This document shows positions 1 through 9,313 of a DNA stretch of 64,000 nt, piece by piece (within the stretch, counting starts at the first letter, position 1; each line of letters begins with the position of its first letter). The DNA lies in assembly GCA_029564515.1 (NCBI GenBank), contig JAKQPV010000026.1, forward strand, positions 158,066 to 222,065. Reading direction: 5' to 3'. Made by a program: the position numbers and the translations under genes. The DNA is from Spirochaetota bacterium. GTDB lineage: Bacteria; Spirochaetota; UBA4802; UBA5550. The notes beneath the pieces were generated by a model, which searched no databases, had not been told where the DNA came from, and worked only from the letters and a program-made list of their open reading frames with translations.

Positions 1-1354
1 AGGTGATCGTTTTATAGTTGAGGTATTTCTCCGCCATGTCATCCATGTTGTGCCGGCGCTCGTTGGGCGCCAGCAGGTAGGACGCCACCATCGTGTCAAA
101 CTCGACCCCGGCAAGCTCGATGCCGTAGTTCATGAGCACGAGCAGGTCGTACTTTATATTCTGGCCGATCTTCCTGATTGCGGGATCGGCCAGGAGGGGC
201 TTCAGGAGCCCCATGGAGCGCACCGGGTCCGGGTACTCCTCGCTGAACATGCCCCGCGAGAGGAGCGGCACGTACCACCCTTCCCGCTCCCTGATGGAAA
301 ACGACATGCCCACGAGCTCGGCCTCGACCGGCGAGAGCGAGGTCGTCTCAGTGTCCACCGACACCTCGCCCGCGTCGCGGATGGCGCGTATCATCTCGAC
401 GAGGTCCTTTTCCGAGCGCACGACCCGGTACGTCTTCTCCTCGCGCGCGGACGGCTTCCCTGCCGCCGCGGGCTCGGCGCCCGGCGCATTCCTGAAGAAA
501 TCATTTATGACGGAGTTCATTTCAAGGGCGCGGAAATAGGGCACCGCTTTCTCCGCCGGGATCGATTCGAACTTCATGTCCGCTATGTCGAGATGTATGG
601 GGAGATCGGTCCTCACCGTGACCAGGTCGCGGCTCAGGTAGGCCATCTCCTTTTCACGCACGAGCATCTCCTTCTGCTTGCCCGTGAGCTCGTCAATGTG
701 CTCGTACAGGCCGTCAAGGCTGCCAAACGCGCCGATAAGCTTCAGCGCCGTCTTTTCGCCGATGCCTTTCACGCCGGGCACGTTGTCCGAGGTGTCGCCG
801 GTCAGCGCCATGTAGTCGATGACCTGCCCCGGCTTCACGCCGAGCATCGCCTCGACCTCCTTCTCTCCGTACACCTCGTAATCCGATATGCCTTTCTTGT
901 TCGCGTAGATCTTCACGTTGCCGCCCACCAGCTGGTAGGCGTCCTTGTCCCCGGTGACGAGCATCACTTCGACGTCCCCGGTCCCGTATTTTTTCGCCAC
1001 CGTGCCCAGCACGTCGTCCGCCTCGAAATCCGCCTCCTCGATGCGCGTGATCCCCAGGACCTCGATCATCTTCTTGATCTCCTCGATCTGGGAGCGGAGG
1101 TCGTCGGGCATCTTCACCCGGTTGGCCTTGTATTCGGGATAGAGCCCGAAGCGGAAGGACTTTTTCGGCGGGTCAAACGCGACGGCCAGGTAATCGGGCT
1201 TCTGGTCCGTGATAAGCCGCAGGAGCATCCGGGCAAACCCGAAGATCGCAGAGGTATTCTGGCCCTCGCTGTTCAGAAGCGGGTTCTTTATGAACGCGTA
1301 ATACGCCCGGTAGCAGAGGGCGTGGCCGTCTATTATGAACAAGCGTTTTTTCAT
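1..1354 (-). CDS. polA: DNA polymerase I, N-terminal part (5'-3' exonuclease domain and start of the 3'-5' exo domain); the gene runs off the left edge
   Basis: The minus-strand frame starting at the ATG (complement of 1352-1354) reads MKKRLFIIDGHALCYRAYYAF..., the canonical Pol I 5'-nuclease N-terminus. It is absent from the ORF track because it has no in-window stop. The + ORF 50..1447 is its antisense shadow. Confidence 0.85.
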   Translation of the reverse strand, partial: MKKRLFIIDGHALCYRAYYAFIKNPLLNSEGQNTSAIFGFARMLLRLITDQKPDYLAVAFDPPKKSFRFGLYPEYKANRVKMPDDLRSQIEEIKKMIEVLGITRIEEADFEADDVLGTVAKKYGTGDVEVMLVTGDKDAYQLVGGNVKIYANKKGISDYEVYGEKEVEAMLGVKPGQVIDYMALTGDTSDNVPGVKGIGEKTALKLIGAFGSLDGLYEHIDELTGKQKEMLVREKEMAYLSRDLVTVRTDLPIHLDIADMKFESIPAEKAVPYFRALEMNSVINDFFRNAPGAEPAAAGKPSAREEKTYRVVRSEKDLVEMIRAIRDAGEVSVDTETTSLSPVEAELVGMSFSIREREGWYVPLLSRGMFSEEYPDPVRSMGLLKPLLADPAIRKIGQNIKYDLLVLMNYGIELAGVEFDTMVASYLLAPNERRHNMDDMAEKYLNYKTIT

Positions 1355-1505
1355 TCTCGGATCACCTGGACAGGGATTAATGTACACTATGCAAATATAG
1401 CGCAGTGCGATTGGAAAAAGTCAACTAAATTACGAGAAGTTTCATGATACGAAAAGTTCAACCGGAATTATACGGGGAACACGCAGTACGCCGGTATAAT
1501 TATTC

Positions 1506-2507
1506 CTACAACCATGTAATGCTACGCTGTTCCAGCATCGAAATCCTTTCTTTAAGTTTTTTCGAAATGGAAAGCTTCTCTTTCATGTCCACCAGGATAA
1601 CGCCGATCTCGGAATGGCGTTCCAGGAACTCGCGCGCCCGCTCCGGGCCCATGACGAAGATCGCGGTCGCGTAAGCGTCGGAGAGGGGCGAGCTTTTCGA
1701 GAGTACCGATACCGAGCAGAAGCCCGTGGCCGGGTACCCGGTGCGCGGGTCGAGAATGTGGTGATACCGCACGCCGTCATGCATCACGAACCGTTCGTAA
1801 TCGCCGCTCGTCGAAATCGCGTCTCCGTCCTCGAGCCCCAGGGTAAGGATGATGGCATCCCGGCGCGGGTCCCTGAGCCCGGTGACCCAGGGCCTGCCGA
1901 ATTTCGTGCCCATTACCTGCAGGTCGCCTCCCGCAGTCACGATGCCCGCCTCAATGCCCCGCTTGCGCAGAACGGCAATACCCTTTTCCACCGCGTAGCC
2001 CTTGCCAACGCCTCCCAGGCCGATTCTCATGCCGGCACGGTCGAACGCGATTGCGCCCCTGCCGGGCAGGAGCCTAAGCTTTTCATACCCGACGCGGGGC
2101 AGGAGCGCAGCCACCGCTCCGGACGATGGCGGGACGAAGTTCCTGTTCTTATAGTTCCAGAGCGGCTCGAGCGGGGCGAAGGTGATGTCGAAGGAGCCGT
2201 CCGTTTCACCGGATATCGCGACGGCACGCGCGACCAGGTCATAGGTCTCGCGGGACAGAGCAACCGGTCCCGCGCCGCCGTCTCGGTTGAGCCTGCTCAC
2301 ATCGCTTTCGGGTCGCACCGGGGACAGGAGCGCCTCGACGCGGGCAATCTCGTTGAACACCGCATCGCCCGTCGAAGGCGCGTCTTCCGGGTCGGCGACA
2401 AAGGTAACGGTGACCATCGTTCCCAAAAGAGGCCTGCTGACGCTGTTTACCGCGCCGCGGCAGGACCAGAGCGACGCGATCAGGGCTATGATAATAATTC
2501 GTTTCAT
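1506..2507 (-). CDS. apbE: FAD:protein FMN transferase (ApbE family) lipoprotein
   Basis: ApbE-like sequence throughout (GMRIGLGGVGKGYAVEK, ISTSGDYERF, HHILDPRTGYP). The likely start is MKRIIIIALIASLWSC (lipobox), 14 codons inside ORF 1506..2549. Confidence 0.85.
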   Translation of the reverse strand: MKRIIIIALIASLWSCRGAVNSVSRPLLGTMVTVTFVADPEDAPSTGDAVFNEIARVEALLSPVRPESDVSRLNRDGGAGPVALSRETYDLVARAVAISGETDGSFDITFAPLEPLWNYKNRNFVPPSSGAVAALLPRVGYEKLRLLPGRGAIAFDRAGMRIGLGGVGKGYAVEKGIAVLRKRGIEAGIVTAGGDLQVMGTKFGRPWVTGLRDPRRDAIILTLGLEDGDAISTSGDYERFVMHDGVRYHHILDPRTGYPATGFCSVSVLSKSSPLSDAYATAIFVMGPERAREFLERHSEIGVILVDMKEKLSISKKLKERISMLEQRSITWL

Positions 2508-2550
2508 ACACATCCTCCCCGGAACCCGGTCTCCGGCGCACAGGCGCAAA

Positions 2551-4203
2551 TCAATACATCTCGGAATCCGCGTCGCCGTTAACGAAAACCGCGAAGCTGT
2601 CCTTGACCATGCGCCTGTACTCTATCGGTGTAAACCCGGTATGTTTCCTGAAATGCCTGTAAAAGTATGTAAGGTTGTCAAACCCCACGTGGAACGCGAT
2701 ATCGATTACCTTGCCGTCCGTGTCTTTCAGGAGCTGCCGCGCGGCCTCGATTCGCTTGACGTTGATGTAGTTCGCTATGTTCGTGTTCGTCACTTTCTTG
2801 AAGAGCTGGCCCATGTAGTCCTCGTTGAGCCGAAACCGCTCGGCCAGCTTTTTCCGGTCATAGGTCTCGTTAAAGTTGTTGTCGAGGTACTCGATGACCT
2901 GGTGGATAATGTCCTTGGGCTCCGGCCTGACATCGGTCCTCGTCAGCATCTTCGCGGCCCGCTGGAGCTCCTTCGTCTTCTTCAGCAATGCCCGCGCCAT
3001 CGAGTCACGCTCCCCGCGCGCGCTCCTCAGGTCCACCAGATACACGAACATCGCGCCGAGCAGCAGGGCCGGCAGGCGGAGCGAAAAGGAAAGCGACATG
3101 CGGTACATCTGCCCGGTCAGGATCAGGTAGAGGGTGTTGGCGACCGAGGCCAGCACGAAGACCGCGACGATGGAAAGGTACCAGTAGCGCCGAGGGTCGC
3201 GCCGCAGCGCGACGGCGAAAATCCCGGTCGAATAGATTATGTAAAGTATGATTGCGCCGATTGATGCCGGCATGCAGTACCTTTCCAGGTAACGGGTCGT
3301 CGGAGCGTAGAGCACGAAGGAGGCAACTGCGGCCAGGATCAGGGTTGAAGCGATCATCGCCGCCCTGCTCCGTATGTTGAAAAACTCCTGGAGGAGAAGC
3401 AGGAGGATAAAATCGACAAACACGTACATTCCGAAGAACCACTTGAACCTGAACAGGTTGTTCTCTAATAGCGGAAGCCCCAGCATGAGGATGTTTATTG
3501 ACAGTACGCTCAGGATGAAGACGAACGAAAGGAGCGCGATAATCCTGTTCCCCGTGCCCTTTACAACGACCGCCAGGATGACCAGGAGGAGCCCGGAGAG
3601 GATAACGGCGTTCAAATTGTTAAATGAAGGGAACAGGTCGCGGAACCAGTTTCTCTCGTTCCACGCGGCGTTCGTCATGAGCGCCGGCCGGTCTTTCAGG
3701 CCGCTTATATAGTGCGAAAAGACCCTGATCGCTATAACATTTTCCCCGTCCCTGCGGACCAGCGACGCGGGAAAGCGATAGGTCCTCTCCCGGTGGAGCG
3801 CGAAGTCGTAATCCAGGGGCCTTTCCGCCGACGGCATAACGCCCGTAGCGCCTATGAACACGCCGTTGAAGTAGGTCTCGTCCGACATGGCGATCGAGCC
3901 TATGGTGAGCACGAGCATCCTGTCGGTCATACCGGGACCGATCACGACCCTTTTCCTGATCCATACGGTCCCGGCAAGCTCTTCACTGCCGCGGAGGAAG
4001 CCGCTCCACTCGCCCGGGATCAGTATCTTCTCCGCACGTGAATCGTCGTAAGCAGGTTCGGCAGGGTTTCCGGCGCCGGAGGGGACCATTGTCCACGTCC
4101 CGGACAGGTCCACGAACGAACCCGGCCGGGCCGTGTCGCCGCCGCACGAAACAAGGAAACCTGACAGGGCAAGGGCGGCAGCATGAAAAAGAATGTTTCT
4201 CAT
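2551..4203 (-). CDS. 7TMR-DISM-type membrane receptor fused to an AraC/XylS HTH regulator
   Basis: Signal/lipobox (ALSGFLVSCGG), a periplasmic module of about 190 aa, about 7 TM helices, and a C-terminal AraC HTH (NIANYINVKRIEAARQLL, GFDNLTYFYRHFRKHTGFTPIEYRR). The start is taken at MRNILFH. Confidence 0.75.
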   Translation of the reverse strand: MRNILFHAAALALSGFLVSCGGDTARPGSFVDLSGTWTMVPSGAGNPAEPAYDDSRAEKILIPGEWSGFLRGSEELAGTVWIRKRVVIGPGMTDRMLVLTIGSIAMSDETYFNGVFIGATGVMPSAERPLDYDFALHRERTYRFPASLVRRDGENVIAIRVFSHYISGLKDRPALMTNAAWNERNWFRDLFPSFNNLNAVILSGLLLVILAVVVKGTGNRIIALLSFVFILSVLSINILMLGLPLLENNLFRFKWFFGMYVFVDFILLLLLQEFFNIRSRAAMIASTLILAAVASFVLYAPTTRYLERYCMPASIGAIILYIIYSTGIFAVALRRDPRRYWYLSIVAVFVLASVANTLYLILTGQMYRMSLSFSLRLPALLLGAMFVYLVDLRSARGERDSMARALLKKTKELQRAAKMLTRTDVRPEPKDIIHQVIEYLDNNFNETYDRKKLAERFRLNEDYMGQLFKKVTNTNIANYINVKRIEAARQLLKDTDGKVIDIAFHVGFDNLTYFYRHFRKHTGFTPIEYRRMVKDSFAVFVNGDADSEMY

Positions 4204-4595
4204 AAATAATGCGCGATCCAGCGGTTGTGTATCGCTACCGGCATCCCGTGCCGGACAGCTGCGATAACAGATAGATGCCATCCGGAAATTATTCAAGAAT
4301 AAATTTATCATGAGAAGAAATAATGAGCCGCTTCCCGGTCAGCCCGGACTGGTTTGAGATGTCTCACTAAAAAAGCATTGACCGGCGCCTTACGCGTATG
4401 ATGTGATACCGGCACCCGATGGGAGGAGGCCGGGATTAAACCGGTATGGCAGAGGCCGCCCCCTCCCGTTGATGAATGCGGCGGCAGGAAAAAGAAATTG
4501 ATTAATGAGCAACCCGGGCACCCACTTTTAACGGATCGGCGGACCCTTCGGGGGCTCTGCCCGGTCCGGACGCAGAACGCCAGGACTATGATACA

Positions 4596-5750
4596 ATGGA
4601 ACCGATCACTGCAATAAGCGGATACTGCATGCTGGCTGCCGCCGTCATCTCCTGCTACAAGGCGGTGGAGCAGATGCTGGTCCGGCGGTCCGAGGATCAC
4701 AACCGCATGCTCTTCGTTCTCCTCCTCTGCACCGGCTACCTCCTGGGAGCGCTGGGCGTTTTCAACATCGGCGCGCTTCCCACCCTGCCGGACGCCGTCT
4801 TTATCGCGGGGCTTATACTCTTCATCGCGGGCGCCTACCTGGCGGGGCCTGCGGCATACCTGTATTACCAGTCGCTCATCAGCCCTGTCAGCGGCAGGGC
4901 CGTACTGCACGCTGCGCCCTCGGCTGCGGCAGCCTTCTTCGCGGTCCCGTATCTCCTTACCCGGACACCGGCGTACCGCGATGCGATGCGGGCGGATTTC
5001 TTCCGCGCGCCGCATGAAGCGGCCCTGTACGCGATCATGGCGGTTGCCATGGCGGTCATCACCGGATATACCGTCACAATCCTGGTGATCGAGATCTCGG
5101 TCAGGAACAGCGGGAAGATCAGGCGCGCGGTCATGTCGCTGATCGTAGTGACGGCCGGCCTCCTCCTCTCACCCCTGGCTCTCTTCGCCGGTTTTGTAAT
5201 GCAGGTGCCCGCGCTGTCGCTTTCCGGCGGCCTGCTCTTCGCGCTGAACATGCTCCTTTTTATAATCGCGCATGTGCGGTACCAGGACTTCTTCCAGTAC
5301 CTCGGCAGCGAGGTCCGCCTGGCCCGCCAGCGACGGTCCGTTCTCAAGGGGCTGGACATACCCCGCCTTCGCGCGCGGCTGGCCGCCCTTATGGAGGAAG
5401 AGCACTATTACCGTAATTTCGACATCAGTATGGCCTCGACCGCCGAAAAGCTGTCGGTCACGCCCCACCAGCTCTCCTGCTTCCTGAACAGGAAGATGCA
5501 GATCGATTTCAGCAACTTCATCAACCGCTACCGCGTTGACGAGGCGAAGAAGCTCCTCGGGGAAGACCCGGACAGGACCGTACTCACGATCTGCTACCAT
5601 GTCGGGTTCGGCTCGAAAACCTCGTTTAACGTGACCTTCAAGGAATATACCGGCATGACGCCGACCCGGTACCGCGACCTTCACAGCGCAGGCACCGGCC
5701 CCGTGCGCCAGCACCCGCGGCCGGGCACGGCGCGCCGCGGCCCCTGCTGA
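4596..5750 (+). CDS. Polytopic membrane protein fused to an AraC/XylS HTH regulator
   Basis: About 6-7 hydrophobic helices are followed by an AraC HTH (LSVTPHQLSCFLNRK, GFGSKTSFNVTFKEYTGMTPTRYRD). Confidence 0.75.
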   Translation: MEPITAISGYCMLAAAVISCYKAVEQMLVRRSEDHNRMLFVLLLCTGYLLGALGVFNIGALPTLPDAVFIAGLILFIAGAYLAGPAAYLYYQSLISPVSGRAVLHAAPSAAAAFFAVPYLLTRTPAYRDAMRADFFRAPHEAALYAIMAVAMAVITGYTVTILVIEISVRNSGKIRRAVMSLIVVTAGLLLSPLALFAGFVMQVPALSLSGGLLFALNMLLFIIAHVRYQDFFQYLGSEVRLARQRRSVLKGLDIPRLRARLAALMEEEHYYRNFDISMASTAEKLSVTPHQLSCFLNRKMQIDFSNFINRYRVDEAKKLLGEDPDRTVLTICYHVGFGSKTSFNVTFKEYTGMTPTRYRDLHSAGTGPVRQHPRPGTARRGPC

Positions 5751-5912
5751 CATCAGCAGCCCGGAATTTTTTGGTTCAGGATTATAATCCCGAACGACAG
5801 GAGCGTAAAACAGTGATATGTTTCGGGCATCTTCACGTTTCCGCGGAAGCCCGTACGCCTGTCCGGGGGACGGGTGAAGACAATCACACAATACACCAGT
5901 ACGAGGTAGGAG

Positions 5913-6476
5913 ATGACACAGATACCGAACAACATAAGCATTAAAGAGCTGCTCACATCGCTCAGCCCGTCCATAGCCAGGGAGGCGATCACCTCTTCCG
6001 GAGCGGACAAGGAGCTCAAGGGAACAGAGTTTTCGCTGGCGGTCGACGTTTCCGGGGACATTTACAGCTACCTGGTCAAAGACGGTACCGACTTCACCGT
6101 GAAGGAAGGCGATATAGACGCGCCGATGGTGAGGGTCAGGGTCAGGCGCGAGACGCTGGAGCAGATGATAGCCACACAGAACCTGGACATGCTCCTGGGC
6201 ATACAGAGCGACCTTAACAAAAATAAATATAACGTACTGAAGTCGCTGAAGGGAAGCTTCACAGCCGAGCTTGCCAACGACGACGGGAGCGTTTTCGTTA
6301 TCGATACCATTTTCAACAATACCACGGACCCCAAAGCGACGTTTAAAATGAAAACGACCGATTCCATCTCGCTTATCAGAAAGGAGACAAACCCGGTCAA
6401 CCTGTTCATGTCGGGACAGATGAAGATTGAAGGGGACATGGCGTTTGCCATGTCCACGCAGCCTCTGTTCTCATAA
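5913..6476 (+). CDS. SCP2 sterol/lipid-binding domain protein
   Basis: The C-terminus is the SCP2 signature (NPVNLFMSGQMKIEGDMAFAMSTQPLF). Confidence 0.7.
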   Translation: MTQIPNNISIKELLTSLSPSIAREAITSSGADKELKGTEFSLAVDVSGDIYSYLVKDGTDFTVKEGDIDAPMVRVRVRRETLEQMIATQNLDMLLGIQSDLNKNKYNVLKSLKGSFTAELANDDGSVFVIDTIFNNTTDPKATFKMKTTDSISLIRKETNPVNLFMSGQMKIEGDMAFAMSTQPLFS

Positions 6477-6493
6477 CGAACCTCGATGCTCGG

Positions 6494-6533
6494 CGCCCCG
6501 CCGGTATGCAGGAGCCGGCGGGGCGTCTTTTTA
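6494..6533 (+). terminator. Rho-independent terminator after the SCP2 gene
   Basis: An 11-bp GC stem (cgccccgccgg ... ccggcggggcg) is followed by tctttttatt. Confidence 0.65.
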
Positions 6534-6550
6534 TTCCACTGTGACAAGGA

Positions 6551-6934
6551 TTGGAACTCATGCGGTTTTCTCTCATTCTCTACGGATTTTACGCTCTCAT
6601 GAGATTCACGGCCCTGCACGACACCGTGTTCCGCGCGCGGATCGCAGAAAAGGACTTTTCCCTGACCATACGAACCGACGACGGTTCCCGAGCACGCTCC
6701 TACGCCTGTCGCGGGGGAACAGTATCATCCCGCCGGGGCCAGGCGCCGGACGCCGAGTTCTCCCTGATCTGGAAGGACGCCGCCACCGGGTTCAGGTACC
6801 TCTCCGCCATGAAGCCCTCGGCGTTGGCCAGGGCGATAACCGGCGGCGACCTCAAACTCGCGGGCGAGGCCCTGGCTGTATCGCGGTTCCTCGAAACCTT
6901 CAGGATCATGATGGCGGAGTACCGTAATAATTAA
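6551..6934 (+). CDS. Small SCP2-like domain protein with an N-terminal hydrophobic helix
   Basis: AITGGDLKLAGEALAVSRFLETF resembles the SCP2 C-terminal motif. The start is uncertain (M1/M4). Confidence 0.45.
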   Translation: MELMRFSLILYGFYALMRFTALHDTVFRARIAEKDFSLTIRTDDGSRARSYACRGGTVSSRRGQAPDAEFSLIWKDAATGFRYLSAMKPSALARAITGGDLKLAGEALAVSRFLETFRIMMAEYRNN

Positions 6935-6969
6935 TTCTTAGTAAATAAATAAGCCTGTTCATTTGGGCT

Positions 6970-7683
6970 ATAGGCTCTGACCCCTCTATTAAAAATACAC
7001 CGCCAATCTCTTCAGGTAGGCCTCTTCATAGAACAGGAACTTTTTTACACACTCCTCGAAGGTATTACCGAGTTTATAAAAGTATTCATGCAGGGTAATT
7101 TTTACAGGCGCCACATGGTTTTTGTCCAGATAACAGTTTATGAACCCGATATCGTTCTCACGCGGATTCCTCGACAGGCCCTTTCTCACAGGATTGTACC
7201 CGATATACCATAACAGCCATAATAGATATTCCTCCGGATTATCCGCCTCCTCGATAATGCTGGATCCGAAGCGTTCATTCCAGAATGAGCCCGTGGTACC
7301 CATGGCCCTGTTGTATTTTTCCGCGATTCTGGCCTTGATATACTGCATTATCCGGGAGATTGTCTGTTTTTCCAGGTTGGTTTTAATGACCAGGTGAATG
7401 TGATTGGCGACAATCTCCGCGGCGACGAGCTCAAAATCATATTTCTCCTGGCACTCCCTGACTGCTTCAGTGAAATATTTTTTCCCGTATTTACCGAGCA
7501 GGAGATTCCTTTTCCCATGACACCTGCTGTATGCGTGGTGAGTAAGTCCCTGGGCTATTTTGCGTAACGGTCGTGGCATATGCTCCTCCTGATGTCTAAT
7601 ACGAATGGGAAGCGGCGGAATTGAAAAAAAACGGGGGTATCCGGGTCAGAGCATGGTATTTTTAAATCGGGGTCAGAGCCTAT
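6970..7683 (-). mobile_element. RAYT unit: a Y1 transposase gene bracketed by inverted REP sequences, in a locally AT-rich patch
   Basis: ATAGGCTCTGACCCC (6970-6984) is the exact reverse complement of GGGGTCAGAGCCTAT (7669-7683). An extra half-copy, GGGTCAGAGC, lies at 7643-7652. Confidence 0.7.
6989..7579 (-). CDS. REP-associated tyrosine transposase (IS200/IS605-family Y1 HUH transposase, RAYT type)
   Basis: HUH motif (ANHIHLVIKT) and a catalytic-Tyr helix (WYIGYNPVRKGL). The 196-aa size is typical of RAYTs. Confidence 0.8.
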   Translation of the reverse strand: MPRPLRKIAQGLTHHAYSRCHGKRNLLLGKYGKKYFTEAVRECQEKYDFELVAAEIVANHIHLVIKTNLEKQTISRIMQYIKARIAEKYNRAMGTTGSFWNERFGSSIIEEADNPEEYLLWLLWYIGYNPVRKGLSRNPRENDIGFINCYLDKNHVAPVKITLHEYFYKLGNTFEECVKKFLFYEEAYLKRLAVYF

Positions 7684-7754
7684 TCCCTATTCTAACACCA
7701 TTTTCAAAAACCTTATACAATATGAAGTTCCCCTGCCTGATATTAATTATGTGA

Positions 7755-7783
7755 AAGACAGGCTTTTTTTTATATGGTATATT
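7755..7783 (+). promoter_or_regulatory. Candidate sigma70-type promoter for the acyl-CoA operon
   Basis: AAGACA, a 17-nt spacer, then TATATT preceded by TGG (extended -10), about 68 bp upstream of the 7851 start. This rests on pattern match only. Confidence 0.3.
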
Positions 7784-7850
7784 CCGTTCGAGACCAAAAA
7801 CAGTCGGCCTCATAAAACACACCACAACACAATGGATCGGGAGTCATGCA

Positions 7851-9257
7851 ATGAGAGACGTATACGTTTTATCCGCGCATACCATCAAGTTCGGCAGGTA
7901 CCTGGAAAAAAGCGTCAAGGACCTTGCAGCGGAAACGGTCATACCCTGCCTGAAACAGGCCGGCCTGGAGAAAAAAGACCTGCAAGCGCTCTGGTTTGCC
8001 AATTCCGGGTGGGGATACGGGAAAGGACAGGATTCCATACGGGCACAGGTGGCCCTGCGGCCCCTGGGAATAGAAGCCATTCCCATGACCAACGTGGAAA
8101 ACGCCTGCGCCGGCGGCTCGACCGCTTTTCACCACGCGTGGCTGGGCGTGGCAAGCGGGCTGTATGACGTCACCATGGCGGTCGGGGCTGAAAAAATCAA
8201 TGATCCGAACAAAATGAAAGTCTTTGCCGGTTTTCTCGGCGGATTGGATATAGAGAACATTGCCGAAATAATTGCAAACATATCCGTCTACGGCATGAAT
8301 GATGAAGATAGAAAGAACATGGATACGCACATAAAAAAATACGCACAGAAAAAAGAGCCGGGGAACAGCGGCAAGAAAAGGAAAAAGCCTACCACAAAAG
8401 AAAAAATGAACGAGTACTGGGATATGTTCAAAGTGTACATCAGGCTCAGGGACTGCGTCGGCGCCGAGACCGTGAAGGACATGCGCAAGCTCTTCTCCGG
8501 CGATCACTCACCGTTCATGGACGTGTACGGATACGCGGCGCGCCAGCACATGAGGAAATACGGCAGCACGCCCGAGCAGCTCGCGGTCATAGCGTCGAAA
8601 AACCATTATCATTCGTCCCTTAACCCGAACGCGCAATACACCTTCACGGTCACGCCCGAGCAGGTGCTGGCTGACCGGATGGTTACCTGGCCCCTGACAC
8701 GGGGCATGTGCGCTCCCATCGGCGACGGAGCGGCCTCGGCAATTCTCTGCGACCTCGGCACCGTGAAGCGGCTCGGCCTCATGTCGCAGGCGGTGAAGAT
8801 CCGGGCCTCCGTGCTTGGCTCCGGCAGGGAACGGGCCTTCGAGGACACCGATATCGGCGAGCGGCTCAGTAAAATCGCATACGAGAAGGCGGGCCTGGGC
8901 CCGTCCGACATGCACCTGGCGGAGGTCCACGACGCGACGGCGTACGGCGAGCTCCACCAGGCCGAGGCCCTGGGCTTCTGCAGGGAGGGGGACGGCGGGA
9001 TCCTGGCCCAGAGCGGCGCCACGAAGATAGGTGGGAAGATCCCGATCAACCCGAGCGGCGGGCTGGAGTCGCGGGGGCACCCTATTGGCGCGTCCGGTCT
9101 TGCGCAGATCCACGAGCTGGTGACGCAGCTCCGCGGCGCGGCTGGTCCCCGCCAGGTGCAGGGAGCGAAGATCGCCATCGCGGAAAACGGCGGCGGCGCA
9201 CTGGGACAGGAAGAGGCGGCCATGTGCATCCACATACTGGAAGCGCCGGCCAAATAA
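7851..9257 (+). CDS. SCPx/Ltp-type thiolase-family protein (acetyl-CoA C-acyltransferase-like)
   Basis: Nucleophile Cys context (NVENACAGGSTAF), GHPIGASGLAQ, and C-terminal ENGGG instead of CxG, as in SCPx-type thiolases. It carries a Lys-rich insertion. Confidence 0.85.
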   Translation: MRDVYVLSAHTIKFGRYLEKSVKDLAAETVIPCLKQAGLEKKDLQALWFANSGWGYGKGQDSIRAQVALRPLGIEAIPMTNVENACAGGSTAFHHAWLGVASGLYDVTMAVGAEKINDPNKMKVFAGFLGGLDIENIAEIIANISVYGMNDEDRKNMDTHIKKYAQKKEPGNSGKKRKKPTTKEKMNEYWDMFKVYIRLRDCVGAETVKDMRKLFSGDHSPFMDVYGYAARQHMRKYGSTPEQLAVIASKNHYHSSLNPNAQYTFTVTPEQVLADRMVTWPLTRGMCAPIGDGAASAILCDLGTVKRLGLMSQAVKIRASVLGSGRERAFEDTDIGERLSKIAYEKAGLGPSDMHLAEVHDATAYGELHQAEALGFCREGDGGILAQSGATKIGGKIPINPSGGLESRGHPIGASGLAQIHELVTQLRGAAGPRQVQGAKIAIAENGGGALGQEEAAMCIHILEAPAK

Positions 9258-9313
9258 GGAATGCTAACAAGATATGGGGATGAATATTTCATGTTCGATA
9301 TAGCATAGGGCAT

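Noticed and set aside
50-1447. 465-aa + strand ORF at the left edge
   Set aside because: It is the antisense shadow of polA. The minus frame gives an unmistakable Pol I 5'-nuclease N-terminus, while the + frame product is Arg/His/Leu-rich with no family resemblance.
4312-4595. sigma70-like hexamers (TTGACC...TATGAT) in the divergent AraC intergenic region
   Set aside because: The spacer is only ~13 nt, so it is not a credible promoter by pattern alone.
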